Source: an uncultured virus (IMG/VR IMGVR_UViG_3300040974_000011) (taxonomy: Duplodnaviria > Heunggongvirae > Uroviricota > Caudoviricetes). Taken from it: DNA of 64,000 nucleotides. Position numbers and translations under genes: made by a program. The notes below the pieces were generated by a model that was not told where the DNA came from, made no database searches, and worked only from the letters and a program-made list of their open reading frames with translations. Positions 38,821-47,981 of this stretch are shown here, piece by piece; the stretch's first letter is position 1, and every line of letters starts with the position of its first letter. The DNA is taken from IMG/VR virus record IMGVR_UViG_3300040974_000011; one strand, given 5' to 3'.

Positions 38821-39422
38821 CCTTTGTTGCCCGCTTCCGCCGGAGCTTGGTGCTTCTGTCGGCGCTCGGACTGGCGGTTGCTTACTGGATCGTCGCCCCG
38901 TTTCTCCCGACGAACGAGCAGACCGAGTGGCTTCGCGTGTTCATGATCGTGATCAGCGGCACCGGGATCCTGATCTGCACGCGGTCGTTCTTGGCGATCA
39001 TCATGAAGCCAGCCCCGGTGTCTGCTCAGCAGAGCGTGATCGGGCTTTTCCTCATCCTTCTGGGCCTCTTCCTCGGGGGCATCTGGCTCCTGCTGTGGCG
39101 GATGACCGGTTTCCCCGAGTGGATGATCAAGAGCGACATGAACGGCTTCCTGCTTTATCTTCTCGGTCTTGGCGCCATGTTCACCGTTCTGGCGGTCAAG
39201 ACAAGCGACGAGGGGAGGGCTCGCACCGATTGGCGCCGGGTCGCCATCATACTCGGCGTGACGCTGGTGCTGGGGATCGCCGTCGTTCACATCCGACCCG
39301 ATGTCCGGCCCGTGGTGGAATGGCTCAAGGACCGGGTCTCCGATCTGCCGGCCACCCACATCCAGAACTCCGGCCTCGGGCAGAGCATCGCCCTGCCGGT
39401 CGGCATCGCGCCGCCTGAGTAG
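38817..39422 (+). CDS. multi-pass membrane protein
   Basis: About five hydrophobic segments. Confidence 0.6.
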   Translation: MTFVARFRRSLVLLSALGLAVAYWIVAPFLPTNEQTEWLRVFMIVISGTGILICTRSFLAIIMKPAPVSAQQSVIGLFLILLGLFLGGIWLLLWRMTGFPEWMIKSDMNGFLLYLLGLGAMFTVLAVKTSDEGRARTDWRRVAIILGVTLVLGIAVVHIRPDVRPVVEWLKDRVSDLPATHIQNSGLGQSIALPVGIAPPE

Positions 39423-39474
39423 GCGGAACCGCGCTTCTCCCCGCGCGTCGTTCCGGTATCCCCGAGAAGACCCG

Positions 39475-39513
39475 AGCCCGGCCAGCGAACGCTGCGTCGG
39501 GCTTTTGCGTTTT
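39475..39513 (+). terminator. Rho-independent terminator ending the late operon
   Basis: AGCCCG..CAGCG-AA-CGCTG..CGGGCT followed by TTTGCGTTTT. Confidence 0.65.
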
Positions 39514-39519
39514 CGGCCC

Positions 39520-40563
39520 TCAGATCCGCACGGACCCGCGGCCACGCGGCGGCTCGTTGTCCGGCACCTTGAACACCCGTTTGAACAGGCGCTTAAACTC
39601 CATCCATGTGTCCGACGCCTGCATCAAGCCCACGACCTTCGACAAGTGCTTTTCAAGATGCGGGTTGCCGATCTCGTCGGTGAGAAATTGGTGATGCTTG
39701 AATTTGCGCTTGCCGTCGATGTCCTTCGGGTTCTGCGTCCGAAGCTGCTCTAGCACGCCGTCCGGTAGTCGCTCATAAACCAGTGCGTTGGTGAGCTTGC
39801 CGACGTACCCCGGCTTGGAGCGGCTGGCCGGGTCTAGGCCGTCCCAGCCATGAAGCCGGTAGATCTCCTCGTAGAACTCCAGCGGAAAGCGCTGAGCCCA
39901 TGGTAGCAGTTCTTTCGAGATGTACGCCTCTAGGATCTTGGCGAGGGCATCGCGCTTGCGAACCTGCTGATAGCCGGTTGCCTCATCGACCAAGGCGACA
40001 ATGCCGACCCGAGCGAGGCCGCGCATGACAAGTTCGCACTGGTAGGCAATCGGCATCTGTTGCGGTTGAAGCGCCCTGGCATCCCGAGCGGACAGGACAG
40101 CTTCGCACAGCATGACCAACGTGTCGGCCTCATACCCGTAGGCCTGATTACCGCTCGGCGTGCGGAAGTGAACGGGGTTCCGGACTCTATCGGCTAACTC
40201 ATTGTCAATAAACGGCTTTATGATCTTTCCGGCCGCAAAAAGCTCCATCCGACTCATGCCAGCGCGCATGCTGCCGCCCTGTGCGATCCCAAGTGCGGCC
40301 TGCATGCCGCTCGCGGACAGGATCCGACGCTCGTCTTCAAGAACGAAGCAGGGCAGTTCCATATCGCCGATGCGGACAGGGCGATCATCTGAGCCGAACT
40401 CGGCCTTGGGCAGGAGCGCTCGGTTCGGATCAGCCTTTGCCCATCGAGCGGCCGCGCCTGCTCGTGCAACTTCGCGGCGCTCCTCTGGGGTCATCTTACT
40501 CATGCGCGCTTTGCCGGCGCGGCGTTGAGGAGAGTTGTCGTTGGGCTGTTGATCGTCTGGCAT
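39520..40563 (-). CDS. P63C domain protein
   Basis: LARVGIVALVDEATGYQ...YISKELLPWAQRFP.EFY...KHHQFLT..IG.PHL. Confidence 0.9.
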   Translation of the reverse strand: MPDDQQPNDNSPQRRAGKARMSKMTPEERREVARAGAAARWAKADPNRALLPKAEFGSDDRPVRIGDMELPCFVLEDERRILSASGMQAALGIAQGGSMRAGMSRMELFAAGKIIKPFIDNELADRVRNPVHFRTPSGNQAYGYEADTLVMLCEAVLSARDARALQPQQMPIAYQCELVMRGLARVGIVALVDEATGYQQVRKRDALAKILEAYISKELLPWAQRFPLEFYEEIYRLHGWDGLDPASRSKPGYVGKLTNALVYERLPDGVLEQLRTQNPKDIDGKRKFKHHQFLTDEIGNPHLEKHLSKVVGLMQASDTWMEFKRLFKRVFKVPDNEPPRGRGSVRI

Positions 40564-40654
40564 GGCCGCTCCTGCTATCGTGCGATAGCACATATATGCC
40601 AGCGCTCGATAGCATCAAGCTGCACGGCGCCTACTCGGCGGCCTTTTTTGTCCG

Positions 40655-43323
40655 CTACAGCCTCGCTTCCAGCGCATCCGTCAGCGCCCGCGCGCAGATC
40701 TGCGCTAAGGCAACCCCTTCCTCTGGCGAATGCCGGTTGGTCTGAAGCCTCCGCTCTCGCTCGGCCGCGACGTAGAAATAGGCCACCGCCTTACCGTTGG
40801 CGTCCACGACCTTCACGGCTTCCTCCAGGCGTTCGATCTTGAGCGGGAGGGTGAGGCCGAGCGTGGTCATTGCAGGCGATCCGAGGGCGGCTCCATCAAC
40901 CCATTCCGGATCGCTAGGGCGAGCAGATCGCTATCCGTCAGGGTCCGACCGTCAACTTGCCAGAAGGCGTGATCATCGCCCCATGGCTCGACGGAATGGC
41001 CCGCTGCGATCAGGGCGTCTGCGGCTTCGGTGATCGCATCGTGGTCGTCAGGCATGGGCTTGCCGTCCCCTATGCAGCGCTAGGATGACGCCGACCCTCG
41101 CGGCAACCTCATCGCTTGCCTTCTCCCAGAACGAGTGATCTACGACGATCGAGCAGGTCAAGCCGCGCAGCCGGTCTTCGTCGCCGGGGCGCGACATGGC
41201 CAGCGCAACCACGTCCCGGCCGCCAGCATCCTCGTGGTTCAGGCGTCGAACGATGTGCAACACATGCTCACGCATCGGTTCGTTCGGCACGATGACGACC
41301 GATCGGCCTTCGCCAAGCTCGCGCAGCATCTTAGTGGTTCTGCCGGTACCTCTGTCGTCCATCTCAGTCCCCTTCTCTCAACCCACTGCCAGACGGTGAT
41401 CCTGGGCGGGGTCGGTCTCTGACCACGTTGCTTTGATCTCGCGCGGGAACAGCCACACCCGGCCAACGCCGATATTCGGCCCTCGGCCCGCCGGGCGGAT
41501 CTCGTCTATCCGTCCTTCGCCGCTGATGACTTTGCCGTTCTGGCAGGCCGACATCGCTCCAACGTGGTAAGCGTAGCGGACCAGTTGACCGACCTTGATG
41601 TCCATCATCCCATCCATCCCTTCTGCCGAGCTGCCGCGCGCAGCACTTCCTTGGCTGGTCGCCATTCCCAATCTGCGACGTTAATGCTTGGGTCCGGCGT
41701 CGCACTCGCGGGGGTGAAAATGTCACGAGGCATCAGACTGATCCACGGCGGGTAGAGCCGCGGCATGCTCAATAGCATGCGCTACCCCAGGCCTCCTGAA
41801 CTTGACGGTAGGACTCTCGCCAATCGTCCTTCCAAGCCTCGTACATGGCCTTTGCTTCATCTCGCCCGGCCTCGGCGGCAGAGAGACGGGACAGGATCGC
41901 GGTGGTGAGGGCTGAACGGTAGGCCTAGACGGCATGACCATCGCTGCTGCTGAACCGACCGCCCTCGTACATGGCCTCGTGGATCAGATCCTCAATCGCC
42001 AGCACGATCTCCTCAGGCAGATCCATCCGTTCCGCTTCTGCGGGGGAGGGGGAGGTCATTGCATTCTCGCTTTCATCGCCGCGACCTGCGCCTTCGCACG
42101 CTCAAAGGCCTGCCGCGCGACATCCGCAAGCCTGTCTGGGTCATCGCCTTGAGCGACCACCTCGGCACGCAGCTCTTCAGGGCTCATCGCCAGTATCCGC
42201 TCAACGTGCATGTCGATCACGTCGGGGTCGTCTTCCGGGAGCCGGTCAGTTGAGCGTGCCAATCTCGCCTCCATAGCTGTCGAGTTCGGTCGCCGCGCCG
42301 TCAGCCGGGTGCAGGTTTATGCTGTCGCAGTGCGGGCAATGAAGGCCGCCGTCGTGCATGCGGATTTTGCCGAAGCGGAAAGTTTGCGAGCACGTTAGGC
42401 AGCACCAAGGCTGCTGCATCACGTCGGGCTCGTCGTCTTCTGCGGGGGAGGGGCTAGGCATCCGATAACTCCCGCAGGACATCCTGCTCGCAGTCGTGGA
42501 CCTCTGCCGAGATGCCCATCTCGCCAATCGGGCCGTAGCCCTCCACGAACTCCTTCGGCAGATATGGGCTGAGTTCGGCGACGCCACGGGCCACGAGCTG
42601 CGCAAGGTGCTCGGCGTGATCGTCCAGACCGTACAGCGGGTAGAAGTCGCGCCGGAAGTCGGCCATGAACTCCGGTGTGAACTTTGCCGGATCCAGCTTA
42701 ACCCGCACGATCTGGCGGACCTCGACCTCAAAGGTCCGGAGCTTAGGCTTAACGGTTGTCTCGGCCATGGTGTGTCGCTCCTGGGATCAATCGTCGAGCT
42801 TTTCGGCCGAGGCTTCCGTGCAGACCCCGTAGGCAACGTTGCCGCGGTTCGTGTACTCGTGGACCTCCCATTCCTCGATGTCTTTGGCGCTGTAGTTGAG
42901 ATCTAGCGCCTTCTCGATAGCCTCTTTCTCAGAGTCAGCCTCGACATCCGCCACCACGTAGCCGGTGATCGGGAGCATTACGCTATAGGTGGCCATCATT
43001 CTCTCCTTGTCTGCGGGGAAGGGTTAGGCGATTTCGACGCCTTCCCAACGGTGCCAATTTTCGGTCCACGCCTCGACGGTTTCCGGCTCACCGGTCTCTT
43101 CGTCGTGGCGGATGCAGGCGGGGTGATGCACGGCTTCGGCAGGCAAGATGACGGACCGCACGCCCTCAATGCTGTAGGCCGTGCCCGGCCCGAAACAGCC
43201 ATTCCGTGGTGACTTGAAAACGACCGGCTGTGCGGGGTCGAAATCCTGCAGGCGTGCGATCAGCTCGCCTACAGTGAGCGTCGGGGTCGGGGCGTCGCTC
43301 TGCGCGTAGAAGGTCCGTGCCAT
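40655..43323 (-). other. array of small leftward hypothetical genes (e.g. 40655-40870, 40867-41055, 41048-41362, 42056-42274, 42454-42768, 42787-42999, 43024-43323)
   Basis: Short co-directional ORFs, several with AGGAG RBS or coupled overlaps. Confidence 0.55.
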
Positions 43324-43360
43324 CGCTTCTCTCCTATCTGTGGGGGAGGGTTAGGCGGGG

Positions 43361-43966
43361 TCAGGGACGCTCGTGCTGAGCCGCAACGCCGGCATCGACC
43401 TTCGCCTGATGGCGCTTGTCAAAGTGGGCCTTTGACAGCCCTTCGATCCGGGTCAGTTCGGCCTGGGCGGCGAGATCCAGCCGCACACCAAGGCGACGGC
43501 CGAGCGCAAGGGCGCACGTCATGACGCCGCCCATCTCCTGCCTCGGGTCGCCGGCCGGCTTGGCGTTGACGTGCTGCACGAGATCGTTGGCGCGGCGGAT
43601 CGCGACCTCGGGATAGCAGCCGGCCGCCGCATAGATCGCCTGCTGCATCTCGATAGCCTCCTCAAGAAGGCGGTCTGCTCGCTCCATCGCATTGTCGAGG
43701 CTGTCGGCGCCGAAGCGGTCCGTGACCCAGGCCGCAATCCGGGCTTCATCTGCCTCAATGCCCTGCCAGCCTGGCGTCGCGGGCTTCGTCAGGGTCGCGT
43801 ATCGGGTCAGAACCGAATGCAGAGCAGCGCTGGCTTGGCTCAGCGGCTCGAACAGCGCTTCGGCCGCAACATCGCCTGCTCCTGCGTCCTCGATCTCGTC
43901 GAGCAGATCTTGGACCAGTCCATCGAGCTTCGCGAGCTTCATGCGATCAATCGTGCCGTCCGACAT
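43361..43966 (-). CDS. MazG-like NTP pyrophosphatase domain protein
   Basis: W...FG...ERADRLLEEAIE...PAGDPRQEMGGV. Confidence 0.6.
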   Translation of the reverse strand: MSDGTIDRMKLAKLDGLVQDLLDEIEDAGAGDVAAEALFEPLSQASAALHSVLTRYATLTKPATPGWQGIEADEARIAAWVTDRFGADSLDNAMERADRLLEEAIEMQQAIYAAAGCYPEVAIRRANDLVQHVNAKPAGDPRQEMGGVMTCALALGRRLGVRLDLAAQAELTRIEGLSKAHFDKRHQAKVDAGVAAQHERP

Positions 43967-44518
43967 TTTGTCCCTCCGAATGCTGGTGTTGGTCCGCGTC
44001 CCGCGCGATCTCACGCTCGGGCACGAGGTTGTCGATGTGCGTGGTGATCGCGATCTCGGGCTGATCGTCCCACCGGACGAACGCGATATCGGTCCAGTCA
44101 GGGGCCACGCCGATCAGAACACCGCGCTTGAATGCGGCCTCGCCAACCACGAAGCCGCCACGCGCATGGCCGGGGAAGTGCGCCATCGGCTGAGAAGCTA
44201 AGTAGCGGGCCGAGTAGGCGACCCGCTCGTGGATGGCGGGGCGGCTCATGCCGCCCTCTGGTATCCGCGCTCCTCGCAGTTCTTCCGGGCGGTGTGCAGG
44301 TTCCAGAGCATCCCGTCTCGGCCCTTGTTGCCGATCATGCGAACGACGATCGGGCTGTAGTGCTCGCCGATGGTGCGCTCGTCGGTGAGGATCGTAACGA
44401 CGCTGTTGTCGGTGCCGGGGATGCGCTCGACCTTGATGACGTTCTTGCTGACGGTGCCGCACTCGTGGCGCTTGGTGAAAGTCTCGGTGTGGAGGTGGAT
44501 GTTGGCGGTGCGGGTCAT
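43947..44518 (-). other. two hypothetical genes (43947-44249, 44246-44518)
   Basis: First genes of the leftward operon; ATGA overlap; GGAG RBS. Confidence 0.55.
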
Positions 44519-44548
44519 CGGTGGGCTCCGTCTCTGTTGATTTGTTTT

Positions 44549-44628
44549 CGCATATGCGTTATCGGTCGTCAATAAGGCATATGCGAAAAAGAGGCGGAGT
44601 TGAGCGAATTTCCCATATGCGATAGCCG
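44549..44628. promoter_or_regulatory. divergent promoters with three CATATG-centred operators
   Basis: CGCATATGCG 44549, GGCATATGCG 44576, CCCATATGCG 44612; TTGAC on minus strand at 44568-44572; TTGAGC-N17-TAGCCG on plus. Confidence 0.65.
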
Positions 44629-44635
44629 CGGACGG

Positions 44636-44824
44636 ATGGGCCGGAAGATGCGCTATCCCGACAAGATCATCGCCCCGCTGCCGGCGGGGTGGATCAAGCG
44701 CATGGAAGCCGTGCTATCCGAGGACGAGGATAAAACGGACTTGCTGCGGGAGGCCGTGATGCGGGAGCTTGAACGCCGAGAGGCCATGCCAGCCCGCGAG
44801 CGCACCAAGCCCAAGCCGGACTAA
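44636..44824 (+). CDS. ribbon-helix-helix-like repressor
   Basis: IIAPLPAGWIKRMEAVL...TDLLREAVMRELERRE. Confidence 0.65.
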   Translation: MGRKMRYPDKIIAPLPAGWIKRMEAVLSEDEDKTDLLREAVMRELERREAMPARERTKPKPD

Positions 44825-44964
44825 CCGCCCGAACCTCCGGTTAGGTAGTGCTCTTCGGTTCGCTGAACCGGTCGGCCCTGAACGGAAATCGAACATCGCC
44901 CGATTTCCCCCTTCGAGACCTAAGGCCTTCACCAATGATTTGAACGGCTTGGGTGGGGGTAAGA

Positions 44965-45012
44965 ACCTTGACATGGTAGGGGTCACAGGTTCGATCCCTG
45001 TCGCGCCCACCA
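44965..45012 (+). other. attP core = 3' half of tRNA-Val(GAC)
   Basis: ACCTTGACATGGTAGGGGTCACAGGTTCGATCCCTGTCGCGCCCACCA (anticodon loop, T arm, CCA) with no 5' half; 63 bp from the int stop. Confidence 0.9.
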
Positions 45013-45075
45013 TTATCTCAATGACTTAGCGGTCATTCGGATAGTGGCCACAGGTTCGGTGAACCTGTTTTCGGT

Positions 45076-46149
45076 TCAGCGGGCCAATTTTTGAGGTTCG
45101 CCGAACCCACCGACTTCGTGCAGTTCGTCGTCCAGTTCCAGCGCCGCTGCGCTCTTGCTCAGAGCCTCTGGCGAGAAGCGGGCGTAAATGTCCCGTGTGA
45201 CTTTCATGTCGCTATGGCCCAAATGGCTGGCGATCTCGTCCATCGGAACGCCGGCCTCGGCCTGCCTGACGGCCGCCGAGTGGCGGAGCAGGTGCGGGTG
45301 GACATGAGGCAGGCCAGCAGCCTTTGCCGCGGTGGTTAGCCCCTTCTTGACCGACCGAACTGGCTTCCCGGCCCACTCGATCACGTAGTCCGACCGCGCG
45401 CCCTGTTTGGCCTCCAGCAAGCGCAAGCGGATCGTGCGTGTCATCTGCACGATGGCGCGTCCCTTATGCGCCGCTTTGATCTCAGGGTCTTCCAAGTCGA
45501 TCTTGTTGCGGTCGAACAGCACCCGGTCCCATGTCAGCCCAAGGATGGCCCCCGCGCGCCCGGCCGTCGCGTAGGCCAAATGCACGAACAGGGCGAGGTG
45601 CGGCGTTTTGCACGCATCGGCCAGCAGCCTGATCTGGCGCGCGGTCAGATGCCGGTCGCGGCGATCACGCACGGTCGCCGGCCGCTCAATGTCTGGTGCG
45701 GACTTGATCAGCCGATGTTTCTTGGCCCAGCGCAGCACTGTGCGGATCCGGCCTAGCTCGGTGATGATCGTGCCGTCCTTCCTGCCGAGAGAGCGACGCG
45801 CCGCGATATAAGCTCGGCAGTCGGCAATCGTGATGTCCTCCGCCGACATCGCGCCAAAATGTGGGGCTAGCGCCTTCCACTGATGCGCCATGATAGCGAC
45901 GGACGGATTGCCGGCCTTATCCCGGCGATAGGCTTCCCAAAGCTCGGCAACGGTCGTGCCCTTCGGCCTCAGAGCCTCGGCGTAGACCGCTGGCGCGCGG
46001 CGGCGAGCCTCAGTCTCGTTATCGGTGCCGAGCCGGAAACGCCGCCGTTTTCCATCCTGCCAGAAGCTGAGGACGCATTCGCCGTGAGGGAAGAGTCCCT
46101 GTCGCTTCTCTGATGCTCGAAGCCGGCCGATTTCATATTCGTCTGCCAT
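45076..46149 (-). CDS. int: tyrosine integrase
   Basis: TAGR, HLLRHSA, LGHSD..T..IY catalytic residues. Confidence 0.95.
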   Translation of the reverse strand: MADEYEIGRLRASEKRQGLFPHGECVLSFWQDGKRRRFRLGTDNETEARRRAPAVYAEALRPKGTTVAELWEAYRRDKAGNPSVAIMAHQWKALAPHFGAMSAEDITIADCRAYIAARRSLGRKDGTIITELGRIRTVLRWAKKHRLIKSAPDIERPATVRDRRDRHLTARQIRLLADACKTPHLALFVHLAYATAGRAGAILGLTWDRVLFDRNKIDLEDPEIKAAHKGRAIVQMTRTIRLRLLEAKQGARSDYVIEWAGKPVRSVKKGLTTAAKAAGLPHVHPHLLRHSAAVRQAEAGVPMDEIASHLGHSDMKVTRDIYARFSPEALSKSAAALELDDELHEVGGFGEPQKLAR

Positions 46150-46316
46150 GCGTTCTCCGTTGCCTCAACGGCGGCACGAGGGATCCTGAGGAGCTTCCCG
46201 CCAACCCGGAAGTGCCCGAGGTCGCCACGATTGACCATGTTGCGGACGTGCTGCTCGGAGCACCCCCATTCATCCGCGACCTCGCGCGGCGTCAGGATGT
46301 CAGGCCTGCGGGCCAT
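45969..46316 (-). CDS. xis: excisionase-like HTH protein
   Basis: LTPREVADEWGCS..HVRNMVNRG.L..FRVG..LLRIP; overlaps the int start. Confidence 0.8.
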   Translation of the reverse strand: MARRPDILTPREVADEWGCSEQHVRNMVNRGDLGHFRVGGKLLRIPRAAVEATENAWQTNMKSAGFEHQRSDRDSSLTANASSASGRMENGGVSGSAPITRLRLAAARQRSTPRL

Positions 46317-46460
46317 TCCGTCCTCCTGTGTCAGATCCTGTCTCGGGGAGAGGAGCGGCCTTGGCGATCGTGCGCCGGGCGAGCCATTGGCCGAACAGCG
46401 CGCAGCCCGAGCAGATGACGGCACCATGCGCGAAGCCCATGATGTAGGCTCCGAGGTTCG

Positions 46461-46976
46461 TCATCGGCTCTCCTCCTGGTTGAGGAGGGCAAGCTTCGCG
46501 GAGAGCCAGTCCCGACTGGTCAGGTAGCTTGTGGTGACCGTGACGTCGCCATTGTCGTTGAAGACGCATGCAGCGAACGGCTTGAGCGCCTTCTGGGCTT
46601 CCTGGAGTTGGCTGCGGAGGGAGGCGTTCTGCTCGTCTTTGTCTCGCAAAGCCTGCTCGACCACAGCCGTGTAGTCGGCGGACTCCTTCCGTGCGGCAGC
46701 GAGATCGGATCGGAGCTGGGCGAGGATCGGGGCAGCCGCCTCATTCGCGATCTGCGCCCCATCGCGCCGGGCGGCACCGAGGGCATCCAGCAACAGGGGC
46801 TCGGCGATCCTGCCGAACTCCTCGAATGGCCCCTTGAAGCCAAGGCCGTCAGCGAGGACCGCTTCCGTCAGGGAGACGGCCAGGTTCACGGCTTCATCAG
46901 CGAGCGCTGTGCGGAGGGCGTCATGCATCTCCCCGAAGCTGGCGTTGTCGGCGGTCCGGCCGGATGCGGGGGTCAT
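46461..46976 (-). CDS. hypothetical coiled-coil protein
   Basis: ATGA-coupled; ALKPFA motif typical of phage early genes. Confidence 0.5.
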   Translation of the reverse strand: MTPASGRTADNASFGEMHDALRTALADEAVNLAVSLTEAVLADGLGFKGPFEEFGRIAEPLLLDALGAARRDGAQIANEAAAPILAQLRSDLAAARKESADYTAVVEQALRDKDEQNASLRSQLQEAQKALKPFAACVFNDNGDVTVTTSYLTSRDWLSAKLALLNQEESR

Positions 46977-47356
46977 GCGAGCCTCCAGAGAACGAGCCCG
47001 TTGGTCAGGAGGTGCAGCGTGTTGTCGGCCACGATCAGCAGCCAGACCGAGAGCCACGCTGGCACGTCGTCGGTATAGCCAGTGGCCGTGACCGGGCCGC
47101 GGGCGCCGTTCTTCGCCCAGACCACGAAGCGGGCGAGCCGGAAGCGGTCGATGAAGAAGTGCGGAATGAGGATCCCAAGCCACGCCCACGCAGCAGCAGG
47201 CCCAAGGCCAGTGATCGGGATGAAGCAGCACGCATAGACGAGCGCGTGGGTCGCCGCGGCGAGGCTGTTGCGCGTCTTCTCGGTGGCCATCCAGTGACTT
47301 TGTAATAGAAAATCCCCAACGAGATGGGCTAAGATTTGATCCGCAGTCACGAACAT
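46973..47356 (-). CDS. DUF3307 membrane protein (recoded 5' end)
   Basis: AHLVGDFLLQS..MA..K...HALVY...HFFIDRF...ADNTLH. Confidence 0.85.
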   Translation of the reverse strand: MFVTADQILAHLVGDFLLQSHWMATEKTRNSLAAATHALVYACCFIPITGLGPAAAWAWLGILIPHFFIDRFRLARFVVWAKNGARGPVTATGYTDDVPAWLSVWLLIVADNTLHLLTNGLVLWRLA

Positions 47357-47369
47357 CTGGTCAGCCCCT

Positions 47370-47918
47370 ATGAACGAATACAACAGCTCCGACATCCTTC
47401 GATTTTGGGCGAAGGTGTCTAAGCAGGCGACTGATTGCTGCTGGCCGTGGACAGGGACTATGTCCGGTGATGGCTACGGGCTTTTTGACCGGCGACGCGA
47501 AGGAAAGAGGTTCGCCCGGCGGGCGCACCGCGTCGCCTACGAGCTGGCTCACGGTCCGCTGCCTGCGGGTTTGATGGTGCGCCACAAGTGCGACAACCCG
47601 CGCTGCTGCAACCCAAGCCACCTTGAGCCGGGCACGGCTGCCGAGAACTCGCGCGACATGGTGGAGCGCGGTAGGCATTGGACGCTTCAGCGCCCAACAG
47701 AAGTCCCTCGCGGCTCCGAGCACTGGACGGCGCGCAATGGCACGGCGCCACTTCTGCGCGGCCAAGATCATCCTAGCGCCAAATTGACGGCCGAGATGGT
47801 TCGGGAGATCAGGGCAGCGCGAGATGTCCCTCAGCGCGAACTGGCGCGACGCTACGGTGTCTCGCAGGGGGCAATCTGGCAGGTGCTTCGCGGCAACCAC
47901 TGGTCCCACGTAAGCTGA
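47370..47918 (+). CDS. HNH homing endonuclease with C-terminal HTH
   Basis: FWAKV...CWPWTG..GYG...AHRVAYE...VRHKCDNPRCCNPSHLEPGT..EN..DM; AKLT and LARRYGVSQ. Confidence 0.9.
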   Translation: MNEYNSSDILRFWAKVSKQATDCCWPWTGTMSGDGYGLFDRRREGKRFARRAHRVAYELAHGPLPAGLMVRHKCDNPRCCNPSHLEPGTAAENSRDMVERGRHWTLQRPTEVPRGSEHWTARNGTAPLLRGQDHPSAKLTAEMVREIRAARDVPQRELARRYGVSQGAIWQVLRGNHWSHVS

Positions 47919-47981
47919 CTGGAGCAGATAGTCCCCGACGAGGTGCGCCACGATCTGGTCGGCGGTGAAGAAGGCGCTCAT
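47916..47981 (-). pseudogene. original 5' end of the DUF3307 gene, cut off by the HNH insertion
   Basis: MSAFFTADQIVAHLVGDYLLQS duplicates the start of 46973-47356. Confidence 0.85.

Noticed and set aside
42037..43357. Boundary repeats as a CRISPR array or integron attC sites
   Set aside because: Spacing is gene-sized and irregular, the repeats are not palindromic, and there is no cas gene or integron-integrase evidence
44965..45012. Complete tRNA-Val gene
   Set aside because: The 5' acceptor strand and D arm are absent; it is an att core
47357..47915. Group I intron or intein in the DUF3307 gene
   Set aside because: The insert is almost entirely an antisense HNH ORF with no room for a ribozyme core, and the duplicated start makes splicing unnecessary
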